NCBI RefSeq assembly: GCF_050013435.1
Contig: NZ_JBEKFG010000001.1
Coordinates: forward strand, 12,556-76,555
Source: Candidatus Binatus sp.
Lineage (GTDB): Bacteria; Desulfobacterota; Binatia; Binatales; Binataceae
Reading direction: 5' to 3'
DNA length: 64,000 bases
The position numbers and the translations under genes were made by a program. Below, one piece after another: positions 18,254 to 27,724 of the stretch (positions are counted from its first letter, which is position 1; every line of letters begins with the position of its first letter). Under the pieces are notes generated by a model that had not been told where the DNA came from, did no database searches, and saw nothing but the letters and a program-made list of their open reading frames with translations.

Positions 18254-19588
18254 ATGGATCAGACTTTATTTATCGTTGGCATAAACCATCGCAGCGCTGC
18301 CGTCGGGTTGCGTGAACGCCTGGCGTTTGCCGAAGACGAGATCGCCGCTGCGCTGGGCCGGTTGCGGGATTCGTCGCCCGCGGTCCTGGAGGCGGCGCTG
18401 ATTTCGACCTGCAATCGTGTCGAGGTGGTGGGCGTTGCCTCCGATACGGTGCGCGCGGCCGATGAGACGCTGACGTTCATGGCCGCGGATCGAAAGGTCG
18501 CGCATGCCGCGTTTGCCGATGTGATTTATAGTTCCGCCGGGCGCGATGCCGCGCGTCATCTGTTCCGCGTCGGCGCGAGTCTCGATTCGATGGTCGTTGG
18601 CGAACCGCAGATATTGGGCCAGCTCAAGACTGCCTACGCGCAGGCGGCCGAGGCGGGCACCGTCGGCCCGATTCTGCATCGCGCCTTCCACAAGGCGTTC
18701 AGCGTCGCCAAGCACGTGCGCAAGGGCACGCTTATCGGTCATGGAGCGGTCTCCGTCAGTTCCGTGGCAGTCGCGCTGGCGGGCCAGATTTTCGACACGT
18801 TGAAAGACAAGACCGTGATGCTGATGGGTGCGGGCAAGATGGCGGAGTTGACCGCCCGCCAGTTGAACGCGCTCGGAATCGAGTCGCTGCTGATCACCTC
18901 GCGCACGTTCGATCACGCAGTCGCGCTCGCGCGCGAACTTGGCGGCACCGCGGTGCCGTACGACAACTACAAGCCGTACCTCAAGATGGTGGACGTGCTT
19001 ATCGGTTCGTTCGCATCCACCAAACCGGTGCTGGGCCCCGAGGAATTCGAGTCCGTGATTCGCGAGCGCCGCTACCGGCCGATGTTTCTGATCGACATGG
19101 GCGTGCCGCGCAATTTCGACGAGCGGCTCAACGCCCTGCAAAACGTCTATCTATATGACATCGACGATCTCGGCGCGCTGGTTAAACGATCGCTCGGCGA
19201 TCGCGAACGCGAAGCGGAAAAGGCCGAACAGATCGTCGAGCTCGAACTCGAATCGTTCCTCAGGTGGCTCGCGGGCCTCGACCTGACCCCAACTATCAAG
19301 GACATCCGCTACAGTGTCGAACGGCTGCGCGACGTCGAGATGGGACGGCATCGCGGCTGGCTGGCGCAACTCGAACCCGCGGTGCGCGACCGAGTCGAAT
19401 TGCTTACTCACGGACTGACCAACAAACTTCTTCATCGCATTCTGTCCGGCCTCAAGCATCGCGACAACAAGACCCTCGATGCCGCGTTTGCCGCCGAGGT
19501 CGCCCGCCGCCTGCTGGGCGCTGAATTGGACGCGCAGGTCCACGATCTCGACGACGTGGACGACGATGACGACACGGGCATCGAGTGA
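18254..19588 (+). CDS. hemA: glutamyl-tRNA reductase
   Basis: ISTCNRVEV active-site region. NADPH-binding VMLMGAGKMAEL. 444 aa. Confidence 0.95.
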   Translation: MDQTLFIVGINHRSAAVGLRERLAFAEDEIAAALGRLRDSSPAVLEAALISTCNRVEVVGVASDTVRAADETLTFMAADRKVAHAAFADVIYSSAGRDAARHLFRVGASLDSMVVGEPQILGQLKTAYAQAAEAGTVGPILHRAFHKAFSVAKHVRKGTLIGHGAVSVSSVAVALAGQIFDTLKDKTVMLMGAGKMAELTARQLNALGIESLLITSRTFDHAVALARELGGTAVPYDNYKPYLKMVDVLIGSFASTKPVLGPEEFESVIRERRYRPMFLIDMGVPRNFDERLNALQNVYLYDIDDLGALVKRSLGDREREAEKAEQIVELELESFLRWLAGLDLTPTIKDIRYSVERLRDVEMGRHRGWLAQLEPAVRDRVELLTHGLTNKLLHRILSGLKHRDNKTLDAAFAAEVARRLLGAELDAQVHDLDDVDDDDDTGIE

Positions 19589-19611
19589 CCGCGCGGCGCG
19601 CTGAACCCACC

Positions 19612-20580
19612 ATGTCGCTCAAACCCAAGCTCAAGATCAGAATCGGTTCGCGGCCCAGCCAGCTGGCGCTGGTCCAGACGTCGATGATGCGGGCGCGGGT
19701 CGCGGCGCAGATTTCCGACGTCGATCCCGAAATTGAAATCGTCGAGATACGCACCAGCGGCGACAAGCTGACGTCGGCGTCGCTCGCGCAAGTGGGCGGC
19801 AAGGGACTCTTTATCAAGGAGCTCGAGCAGGCGCTCGCCGATCGCAGGATCGACGCCGCCGTCCATTCGATGAAAGATCTTCCCGCAGTCCTGCCGGCGC
19901 AGTTTTGCCTGGCGGCGGTGCCGGCGCGCGAGAATACCGCCGATATCCTGGTGACGCGCGACGGCTCGGCATTGTCGGCGCTGCCGGCGGGCGCGCGGCT
20001 TGGCACCTCGTCCTCGCGCCGGCATTTCCAGGCGCTCAGGATGAATCGGGGGCTTGAGGTTCTGCCGCTGCGCGGCAACGTCGATACGCGTTTGAAGCGC
20101 GTCGCCGACGGCAGCTTCGACGCGATCATAATCGCGATGGCGGGGGTGAAGCGGCTGGGGCGGTTGCGCGAGGTGAAGTTCGTCGAGCTCGACGGCCGCG
20201 ATTTCATCCCGGCCGGAGGGCAGGGCGCGCTTGCGATCGAGATGCTGGCCGGCCGCGACGACCGGGTTTCAAATGAACTCGATCGCGCGCTCAGTGGTAT
20301 CAACGACCCGCGCGCTTTTTACGAAACCGCGGCCGAACGATCGTTCCTGGCCGCGATCGATGCGTCATGCACGACGCCGGTCGGCGTACGGGCAAGTATC
20401 GTAGGCGACACGCTCGCGCTCGCGGCGATCCTGTTCAGTCCCGACGGTGCGCGAGAGCTGTCGGAGTCGATGGAAGAGCCGCTCGCGCCCGGCCTTGCGC
20501 CGTCGGCGGCCGAAAATTCCGGCAAGCGGCTCGCGGGAAAAATGCTCGCGCGGGACGCTGCCGCGATTCTTCGGTCCTGA
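19612..20580 (+). CDS. hemC: hydroxymethylbilane synthase (porphobilinogen deaminase)
   Basis: MSLKPKLKIRIGSRPSQLALVQT..., GGKGLFIKELEQAL, and the cofactor Cys region IDASCTTPVG. The track gives GTG 19585 as an alternative start. Confidence 0.9.
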   Translation: MSLKPKLKIRIGSRPSQLALVQTSMMRARVAAQISDVDPEIEIVEIRTSGDKLTSASLAQVGGKGLFIKELEQALADRRIDAAVHSMKDLPAVLPAQFCLAAVPARENTADILVTRDGSALSALPAGARLGTSSSRRHFQALRMNRGLEVLPLRGNVDTRLKRVADGSFDAIIIAMAGVKRLGRLREVKFVELDGRDFIPAGGQGALAIEMLAGRDDRVSNELDRALSGINDPRAFYETAAERSFLAAIDASCTTPVGVRASIVGDTLALAAILFSPDGARELSESMEEPLAPGLAPSAAENSGKRLAGKMLARDAAAILRS

Positions 20581-22158
20581 ATGAGCGCATCCGCCAAGCA
20601 TCGGAATCGGGGCAAAGTTTTCCTGGTCGGCGCGGGTCCCGGCGCCTTCGATCTGATCACGATGCGCGGCGCTGACGCTTTACGCCGCGCCGACGTCGTG
20701 ATTTACGACCACCTGGTGAGTCCGGAACTGATCCGGCTCGCGCCGCCCAAAGCCGAGTTGATTTACGCAGGCAAGCAAGGCGGCGCGGGAAAAAGTATCG
20801 AGCAATCCGAATTGAACGCTATGCTGATCGAGCGCGCGCACAAGGGGCGCATCGTGATCCGGCTCAAGGGCGGCGATCCGTTTATTTTTGGACGCGGCGG
20901 CGAGGAGGCCGAGGCGCTGGCGCGCGCCAACGTGCGGTTCGAGGTGATCCCGGGGGTCACGTCGGCGATTGCGGGGCCGGCCTTCGCCGGTATTCCGCTG
21001 ACGCATCGCGAGCACGGCTCGTTCGTCGCGTTCGTCACCGGCCATGAGGACGAAAGCAAAGGCGCGCACACGACGGTTCCGTGGGACGAACTGGTTGCGG
21101 CGGCTCGCAGCGGCGGCACGATCGTTATCCTGATGGCGACGGCGCGGATGCGCGCGACGCTGGATCGAATCCGCGCGGCCGGACTTGCGGCGGAAACTCC
21201 GGCGGCTGCGGTCCAATGGGCGACGACCGCCGCGCAGAAAACCGTCAGCGCGACGCTCGCCACGCTCGCGGACGAATCCGCGCGTGCCGGAATCGGCGCG
21301 CCGGCTGTAATCGTGGTCGGACAATGCGCGGGCCTGCGCGCGCATCTCAAGTGGGTCGAGCGCATGCCGCTGTTCGGCCGCACCGTGGTGGTGACCCGAT
21401 CGCGTGAGACTGCGTCGGAGTTCGCCACGGCGCTGCGACGGCTGGGCGCGGAGGTGGTGGAATTTCCGACGATCGAAACCGTGGCGCCCAGGAGCTACGC
21501 GGCGCTGGACCGGGCAATCGCGCGGCTGTCGTCATCGGCGCGCGATTCCTTCGACTGGATAATCTTCACCAGTGCCATGGGAGTCGAGAGTTTTGTCGAA
21601 CGGCTGAAGTCGCGCGGCCGCGATATTCGCGAGCTGGGGGATGCGTCGATTGCGGCGATCGGACCGGCAACCGCGGCGCGCCTGGCCGATTATGCGCTAC
21701 GCGCCGCAGTGGTTCCCGACGAGTATCGCGCGGAGCAGATTATTCCCGCGATTGGAATCAAGCGGATTCGCGGCAAGCGCTTCCTGATTCCGCGGGCCGA
21801 AGTTGCGCGCGAGGCGTTGCCCGAAATTTTGCGTCAAAAAGGTGCCAGAGAAGTCGAAGTCGCGCCCGCCTATCGCACCGTCAAGCCCAAGGGCGCGCAA
21901 ATCGAGCGGATGCGCGAGCTGATCGCGTCGGAGTCGATCGATCTCGTGACGTTCACCAGTTCCAGTACGGTCACAAATTTCTGCGACCTGATCGGCGCGC
22001 CGGCGAGCCTGCTCAAAGCCGCGGCGATCGGCCCGATCACCGCATCGACTGCCACCGAGCGTGGATTCGAGGTGGTCGTCAGGCCGGACAAATACACGAT
22101 TGCGGCTCTGACCGAGGCGATTGCCGAGTATTTCGCGCCGCGCAACGGGCAGGGGTGA
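20581..22158 (+). CDS. cobA-hemD: fused uroporphyrinogen-III C-methyltransferase / uroporphyrinogen-III synthase
   Basis: N-terminus has VFLVGAGPGAFDLITMRGADALRRADVVIYDHLV and RLKGGDPFIFGRGGEE (SUMT). The C-terminal roughly 250 aa form a HemD-like two-lobe domain (TVVVTRSRE...FTSSSTV). Confidence 0.9.
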   Translation: MSASAKHRNRGKVFLVGAGPGAFDLITMRGADALRRADVVIYDHLVSPELIRLAPPKAELIYAGKQGGAGKSIEQSELNAMLIERAHKGRIVIRLKGGDPFIFGRGGEEAEALARANVRFEVIPGVTSAIAGPAFAGIPLTHREHGSFVAFVTGHEDESKGAHTTVPWDELVAAARSGGTIVILMATARMRATLDRIRAAGLAAETPAAAVQWATTAAQKTVSATLATLADESARAGIGAPAVIVVGQCAGLRAHLKWVERMPLFGRTVVVTRSRETASEFATALRRLGAEVVEFPTIETVAPRSYAALDRAIARLSSSARDSFDWIIFTSAMGVESFVERLKSRGRDIRELGDASIAAIGPATAARLADYALRAAVVPDEYRAEQIIPAIGIKRIRGKRFLIPRAEVAREALPEILRQKGAREVEVAPAYRTVKPKGAQIERMRELIASESIDLVTFTSSSTVTNFCDLIGAPASLLKAAAIGPITASTATERGFEVVVRPDKYTIAALTEAIAEYFAPRNGQG

Positions 22159-22232
22159 CCGCAGGGGTGACCCCTGCACCCAGTGTTAAGGCCGCCCGCC
22201 GTTGGCGGGCGCGGCCCGTGCTCAGCCCTGCC
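22150..22232 (+). repeat. intergenic palindromic repeat element, copy 1 (short form)
   Basis: CAGGGGTGACCGCAGGGGTGACCCCTGCACCCAGTGTTAAGGCCGCCCGCCGTTGGCGGGCGCGGCC...CTCAGCCCTG. Shares its core with copies at 37447, 55615 and 56649. The cobA-hemD stop TGA lies inside it. Confidence 0.8.
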
Positions 22233-23207
22233 TCAGGCGCGGAGTTTGCGGGCGACGTCTTTGGCGAAATACGTCAGGATCAAATCGGCGCCGGCTCGCT
22301 TGATTGCGGTCAGCACTTCGAGCGTGGCGCGCTCCTCGTCGATCCATCCGTTGATGCCCGCCGCGCGGATCATCGAGTACTCACCCGAGACGTTGTACGC
22401 CGCGACCGGCGCGTTGAACTCATTCTTCACGCGCCAGATTAGATCGAGGTAGGGCAGCGCCGGCTTCACCATCACGATATCCGCGCCCTCCTCCAAATCG
22501 AGCGCGACCTCGCGCATCGCCTCATCGCCGTTGGGCGGGTCCATCTGGTACGAGCGCCGATCGCCGAATTTCGGCGCCGACTCCGCCGCCTCGCGAAACG
22601 GGCCATAAAACGCAGAGGCGAACTTGGCCGAGTACGCCATGATCGCGACCTGACTGAATCCGTTGCTGTCGAGCGCGGCGCGAATCGCGCCGACCCGTCC
22701 ATCCATCATGTCGGATGGCGCGACGATATCGGCGCCCGCGCGCGCGTGCGACAGCGCCGAGCGCGCCAGCAGCTCGAGCGTCGCGTCGTTATCGACGTCG
22801 TTGCCGGCCAGCGCGCCGCAATGCCCGTGGTCGGTGTACTCGCACATGCACACGTCGGTAATCACCGCCATCCCGGGCACGCGCTCCTTGATTTCGCGTA
22901 TCGCGCGCTGCACCTCGCCGTTGTCGTTCCACGCCTCGCTGCCTTGCGGGTCCTTGCGTTCGGGGATTCCAAACAGGATGACCGCGGGCACGCCGGCGGC
23001 CCACGTCTCGCGCGCCTCCGCGACGATGTTGTCGACCGACATTTGCGCCACGCCCGGCATCGCTTCGACTGCCTTCTTCACGCCGCGTCCGGGGCACACG
23101 AACATCGGCAAAATAAGGTCGTCGGTCGACAACCGCGTCTCCCGAACCATCCGTCGAATTGTTTCAGTGCGTCGCAGCCGCCGCGGGCGATTGATTGGAA
23201 ATGCCAT
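22233..23207 (-). CDS. hemB: porphobilinogen synthase (delta-aminolevulinate dehydratase)
   Basis: MFVCPG..., [12 protein letters not shown] (Zn-type Cys cluster), [26 protein letters not shown]. Confidence 0.95.
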   Translation of the reverse strand: MAFPINRPRRLRRTETIRRMVRETRLSTDDLILPMFVCPGRGVKKAVEAMPGVAQMSVDNIVAEARETWAAGVPAVILFGIPERKDPQGSEAWNDNGEVQRAIREIKERVPGMAVITDVCMCEYTDHGHCGALAGNDVDNDATLELLARSALSHARAGADIVAPSDMMDGRVGAIRAALDSNGFSQVAIMAYSAKFASAFYGPFREAAESAPKFGDRRSYQMDPPNGDEAMREVALDLEEGADIVMVKPALPYLDLIWRVKNEFNAPVAAYNVSGEYSMIRAAGINGWIDEERATLEVLTAIKRAGADLILTYFAKDVARKLRA

Positions 23208-23307
23208 AGTTGTTCCCCGGGTGGATTATATAGGACGAGCAAACCCAACCCCTAACCGCTTCCCAATGTGAGAACCGGAATATCGCGGAGAGGAGGGGAG
23301 GTGCGGA

Positions 23308-24075
23308 TCAAGCTTTGGGTTTGAGGTGCGAGTCGTAGTACGGGCGCATCGAGCGCAGCGCGCGCATCTGATGATAGGCGAGTTCGTCGTCGGCGTAGCG
23401 ATGCTCGGGGCCGAGCACGCATCCGGCCCGCGCATGGCATCGCGGCGCGCAATCCGCCTCGACTTCGACGCGATGCGTCACGCATTTGGGGATGTCCCAT
23501 CCCGAATCGACGCTTACCGCACGGGCGGGACACGCCGGAATACAGGTCCGCGCGGTGCATCGCGGGCATGGGTCGAAGCCGAGCGCGTCGCCCGGTGAAT
23601 CGAGCTCCTCGTCGAGCAGTAGCGCGGCGCGAAATGCGATCCACGGTCCATATAGAGGATGCACGGTGACGCCGAGGATGCTCGGCCCGGCGACTCCTGC
23701 GACTTTGCCCAGCTCGATGAAGTTGAGCGTTGGGCGCCCGTTCATGAACGGGTAAACCGCGGTGCATCGCGCGCCCGATGCGCGAAGCGGGCCGGCCACG
23801 TCGCGCTCGACAACTTCGCGAGTGAATTCGTCGAGCGGATTTGCCCGCTCCCACCATCGCGGATGGCGCGCCGCGTGAGATTTGAGCGCATCCCAGAGCG
23901 CGCCGCCGCCGTTGCCGATGACGACGATCGAGCGTGCGTGGGGATCGATCGCCGAGGCGCGCGAAATTTCCTTGACCGCGGCCTGGTTGTCGTAGCGCGC
24001 CACGGGAATCGCCGCGACCAGGTTGAGTCCATGCGGCGCGGCGGCGCGGCGGATTTTATCGAGAGTCGATGACAC
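23308..24075 (-). CDS. putative Fe-S protein, QueG/reductive-dehalogenase-like
   Basis: Cys-rich C-terminus (CPRCTARTCIPACP...CVTHRVEVEADCAPRCHARAGC). The N-terminus resembles the QueG N-domain. The family assignment is uncertain. Confidence 0.4.
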   Translation of the reverse strand: MSSTLDKIRRAAAPHGLNLVAAIPVARYDNQAAVKEISRASAIDPHARSIVVIGNGGGALWDALKSHAARHPRWWERANPLDEFTREVVERDVAGPLRASGARCTAVYPFMNGRPTLNFIELGKVAGVAGPSILGVTVHPLYGPWIAFRAALLLDEELDSPGDALGFDPCPRCTARTCIPACPARAVSVDSGWDIPKCVTHRVEVEADCAPRCHARAGCVLGPEHRYADDELAYHQMRALRSMRPYYDSHLKPKA

Positions 24076-24084
24076 GAAAAAATC

Positions 24085-25392
24085 CTACGGCAACTGGATT
24101 GCGAAAATTGCGCCGTCGCCGCACAAGCCGCCCGCCTCGCTCATCCCGTAGAGCGTGTTGTCGAGAATGATGACGTTGTCGATGGGGTTCGCGGCGTCGG
24201 GCGCGTTCTGGAAGTCGTAAATTCGGGAGTAGTTGTTGCCGCTCGTGTCGATTTGAAAAACTGTGCCGTTGCCCTTGTTGCCGCCCAGGCGCGTGGTGCC
24301 GTAAAGCGTGGTGCCGTTGAGCATCAACGAGCCGTAGGGATTTATGCCGTCGTTGGTCGAGGGATCGCCGAGGTTGTGCAGAATTGTGAAGTCGTTGCCG
24401 TTGGTGTGGATCGAAAAAATCACGCCGTTGCCGTATTTGCCGCCGTAGGTCGTCAAGCCGAACAGCGTCGAGTTGTATTGCACGAAAGTGCCGTGGTCGG
24501 TGGTCGCGCCGTTGTTCTTGTCGATGCAGTTGGGGGTGCTGTTACCCGGACAACTGAATTGGTGCAGCTTCTTGAATTTCCCGCTGCTCGTGTCGAAAGA
24601 GAAGATGACGCCGACGTCATCCTTGCCGCCGGCGCGCGTCATGCCGTAGAACGTCGTGCCGTTGGGGTCGAGGATGAGCTGGCCGTGCGGATCGGCGCCG
24701 TGGTTTCCGTCGAAGGAGTGCAGCCTGGTGTAGGTGCTGCTGGACGGGTCGAAGGAGAAGATCGTGCCGTCGCCGGTCGAGCCGCCGTGCTTGCCGCCCT
24801 GCGAGGTCATTCCGTATAGCAGGTCGCCGACGGCGACGAAGCAACTGTGCGGCTGATCGCCAACGTTGTTCTTGGTGCTCTTGGGAAAGTCGAACAGGGG
24901 CGGAGACGAGTAGCCAGTCCCGTCGTCATTGATGCTGAAGATGGTGCCGTTGTTGTGCTCGCCGCCGGTGAGAGTCGTGCCGTACAGGACTGTGCCGACC
25001 AGGGTCATCGCGTTGTGGCGCGGATCGTTGCCGTCGGTCTTGGCGCCGGTGAAGAAGTGATCGACAGCGTAATTCGACCCGTCGGGCATGATATGGAAAA
25101 TCGTGCCGTCGCCGTTGCCTTGCGAGGTCGTGGTCGAAGTGCGGCCGAACAGCAGTCCCGTGCCGGCGACGTAGGTCAGCGAGCCCTTGGGGTCGGCGCC
25201 GTCGTCGATTTTGCATTGGCCGGCGGTGGGCCCGACGCCGAAGGAATAGAGCACGCTCTCGGTGCCGGTGGTGGCGGCCGCGGGAGAGCGGTCGTCGGTG
25301 CGTGCCGGCGCTGATATCAGCGATAGCGCAGCGGTAAGAGTCGCGACCGCGGCGAAGATGCATTTGCTATCGAATCGCATGCGAAAAAACAT
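24085..25392 (-). CDS. exported tandem-repeat beta-propeller protein (GloVer-type LYGTT..GG..G.G(T/V)IFS repeats)
   Basis: Start trimmed to ATG 25392 (AAGGAAAAGGA upstream), giving a signal peptide. About 7 repeats end in LYG(T/M)T..GG...G.GTIFS(I/F). Confidence 0.65.
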   Translation of the reverse strand: MFFRMRFDSKCIFAAVATLTAALSLISAPARTDDRSPAAATTGTESVLYSFGVGPTAGQCKIDDGADPKGSLTYVAGTGLLFGRTSTTTSQGNGDGTIFHIMPDGSNYAVDHFFTGAKTDGNDPRHNAMTLVGTVLYGTTLTGGEHNNGTIFSINDDGTGYSSPPLFDFPKSTKNNVGDQPHSCFVAVGDLLYGMTSQGGKHGGSTGDGTIFSFDPSSSTYTRLHSFDGNHGADPHGQLILDPNGTTFYGMTRAGGKDDVGVIFSFDTSSGKFKKLHQFSCPGNSTPNCIDKNNGATTDHGTFVQYNSTLFGLTTYGGKYGNGVIFSIHTNGNDFTILHNLGDPSTNDGINPYGSLMLNGTTLYGTTRLGGNKGNGTVFQIDTSGNNYSRIYDFQNAPDAANPIDNVIILDNTLYGMSEAGGLCGDGAIFAIQLP

Positions 25393-25481
25393 ATTCGGGA
25401 TTCCTTTTCCTTTTGAGCACCGGTCCAGTTCCAGTGTAAGCGAGCCGATTGAGCAAATCGATCCGGGACGGGGCGATCCCG

Positions 25482-25892
25482 CTAGGCGATCTTGTAGGTG
25501 ACGAGCGCGTCGGCGATGAGGGCGCCGGACGCGTCGGCGATTTCGACGCTCAGGCTGGCGATGCGCTTGCCCATCCGCTTCACCCGGGCGCGGGCGATCA
25601 GGTCGGAATTCACGGCGAAGCCCGTGTAGTTCACCGTGATCGAGATGGTCGCGGTGCGCACGGTCTCGGCGAGAGACCATACCGCGGCGCATGCAGCAAC
25701 GTCGGCCAGCGAGGCGATCGCGCCGCCGTGAACGGGAGCGGCACGGCCGCCCTCGTTGAGCAGGCGCAAGTCGAACGGCATCCGCACCAGCGCCGCGCCG
25801 TTGGCGGCGGATTCGATCTTCAGCCCGAGCATCGCGGCGAACGGTGCGCCTTCAAGCACGCGGACAAAGCGGCTTCGATCCTGGTCGGCCAT
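25482..25892 (-). CDS. PaaI-family hotdog thioesterase
   Basis: FAAMLGLKIE..., VHGGAIASLADVAACAAVWS. Start at ATG 25892 overlaps the upstream stop (TAATG). Confidence 0.75.
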   Translation of the reverse strand: MADQDRSRFVRVLEGAPFAAMLGLKIESAANGAALVRMPFDLRLLNEGGRAAPVHGGAIASLADVAACAAVWSLAETVRTATISITVNYTGFAVNSDLIARARVKRMGKRIASLSVEIADASGALIADALVTYKIA

Positions 25893-26656
25893 TATTCTTG
25901 CAAACCAAGCGCGTCGGGCAGTTCCGCGAGGTCCGCGATGACGATGTCCGGCGCGGGAATTCCCTCGGGCAGCTGGCGATCGCGCGTGCGAATCCACGCC
26001 GAATGCATCCCGACGCCCTTGCTGCCCGCCACGTCGTCGAGCGGAGTATCGCCGACGAACAGGATATCGGCGGGCTCGAGTGCCATCAGGTCGAGAATTT
26101 TTTTGAAGATGAGCGGGTTGGGTTTTCGGTAGCCGGTGTCGGCCGAGATAATCACCGCGTCGAAGAGCTCGCGGATGCCGGTGTCATGCATGATGAGGTG
26201 GCCGGTCTCGGAATCGTCGAAGTTCGAGATCAAGCCGACGCGCAGGTGCCTGGCGATTCTTTTCATCGCGTCGATTCGCGGCGCCGGCGCCCAGGTGACC
26301 TCGCGCACCCGTCCCATGTGGATTTGGCGCAGACTTTCGGCCAGCGGCGCCGCCAGGTCTTCGCCGACGCCGAGCAGTTTGAGCGTGCGCGAGAAGCGCT
26401 CGAGGCAGGTAATCTCGATGGCGTCCGCCTTCGCTCGCTCGCTGAATATCTCGCTGTAAACCGACGCGTGCGCCTCCGCGAAGGCGTCAGGGTCGAAGCT
26501 TCCGCCCAGCGCCGTTTCCAGCGCGGAGAAGAGCAGGGGACTCGTGCTTCGAATTTCGCGCCCGCGCCATTGCATGACCGGCAGCGCTTCGACATTCCAG
26601 TTGACGAGCGTGTCGAACAAATCGATCACGACCGCCTTGTAACGATGCTCAGCCAC
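25892..26656 (-). CDS. HAD-IA family hydrolase
   Basis: Motif I VVIDLFDTLV, motif II GLISNFD, motif IV FVGDTPLDDVAG. Confidence 0.8.
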   Translation of the reverse strand: MAEHRYKAVVIDLFDTLVNWNVEALPVMQWRGREIRSTSPLLFSALETALGGSFDPDAFAEAHASVYSEIFSERAKADAIEITCLERFSRTLKLLGVGEDLAAPLAESLRQIHMGRVREVTWAPAPRIDAMKRIARHLRVGLISNFDDSETGHLIMHDTGIRELFDAVIISADTGYRKPNPLIFKKILDLMALEPADILFVGDTPLDDVAGSKGVGMHSAWIRTRDRQLPEGIPAPDIVIADLAELPDALGLQE

Positions 26657-27119
26657 GCGCGGTCAACGCTCCCGAAGTGCCGACGATTGCGGCGAGGTTC
26701 AACAGCAGCACGGTGCCATTGAGAAACACCGACATCCGGTGCAGCCGGTCGAACTCCGCCTTGCGGGCAGCGTCCGGATTTGGATCTTCATAGACGCTGC
26801 GGATGGCGTCGGCTCGCGGCAGAATGACCGTGCCGGCATAAAAGGTAATTCCGAGCGCGATTGCCAGCACGAGCGTGGTGGCGCCCCACCACATCCGCGG
26901 TCCGCGCACCGCCGTGAAATACACCGCGGGGATGAGGCTGACCGTTCCCGCGACATAGCCGAGCATGTAGTAGCGCGGGAAGATTACGCTGATCACCTGG
27001 CCGGCTTCGGCGGCCGGCAGATGCGTGAAAATTGCCGGCGCGGTGAAGAACGAGAAGAAAACAATTCCGCCAAGCCAGCATCCAAGTGCGGCCAGGTAGA
27101 TCGACAAAATTAAAATCAT
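26649..27119 (-). CDS. DUF4149 (TMEM205-like) membrane protein
   Basis: Four-TM protein. N-terminus is MILILSIYLAALGCWLGGIVFFSFFTAPAIF. Confidence 0.6.
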   Translation of the reverse strand: MILILSIYLAALGCWLGGIVFFSFFTAPAIFTHLPAAEAGQVISVIFPRYYMLGYVAGTVSLIPAVYFTAVRGPRMWWGATTLVLAIALGITFYAGTVILPRADAIRSVYEDPNPDAARKAEFDRLHRMSVFLNGTVLLLNLAAIVGTSGALTARG

Positions 27120-27149
27120 TTGGCTGTCAGATTCCCTGTTGTTCGCCGG

Positions 27150-27575
27150 TCAGTTGAGCCAGCGGTTGGGCGCGCCGGGCAGCGGCTGGCGCTCGGAAAA
27201 TCCACTGTTCACGCTGTGCCATGCGACGACGCGCGGCTCGCCGAACTGCCAGCACAGGAAAACAACTTCGTCGTCCGCGTCATAGGGAAAATCGATCAGC
27301 CCCAGGTCGATATCCTTGAGGATGCATCCGAACGATTCGATCTGGGCGGCGGCGTCGGCCATGTTGGTCGCGAACGATCGCAGCTCGGGGTAACGCCCGA
27401 CGATTTCGCTCATCGTGCAATGCAAGATTGAGGGATCGGTCACCGACAATTCGTCGATCCGCGCGCGCAACGACGTCGCCTGCATCTGCAGTTGGCGCAT
27501 CAGAATTTCCAGACGTGGAATCAGCTCGTTGGCTTCTTCCTCACTAAATAGCTTATCGAATCCGATATTAGGCAA
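27150..27575 (-). CDS. DUF2203 (COG4911) family protein
   Basis: FSEEEANELIPRLE... and LKDIDLGLIDFPYDADDEVVFLCWQFGEPRVVAWHSVNSGFSERQPL. Confidence 0.65.
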   Translation of the reverse strand: MPNIGFDKLFSEEEANELIPRLEILMRQLQMQATSLRARIDELSVTDPSILHCTMSEIVGRYPELRSFATNMADAAAQIESFGCILKDIDLGLIDFPYDADDEVVFLCWQFGEPRVVAWHSVNSGFSERQPLPGAPNRWLN

Positions 27576-27724
27576 TGTTTCCTCATCAGTAGCGCGAGCC
27601 GGTCACCGTGATTAACTTGTTAGATAAGAGGTGACCTTGTCCGCCCCACGGCCATATATTACGGTGAAATTTGGGTTGTGTGGAAGGCGTGGCGGGGTTT
27701 GCCCCTACGAGGTTCGATTGGCCT

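Noticed and set aside
27631-27660. Possible lon promoter: GTGACC-N18-TATATT, plus a CCCCAC sigma-32-like -10
   Set aside because: The sigma-70 match is weak (4/6 and 5/6). The CTTG..CCCCAC spacing is far too short for a sigma-32 promoter. This is not strong enough to call.
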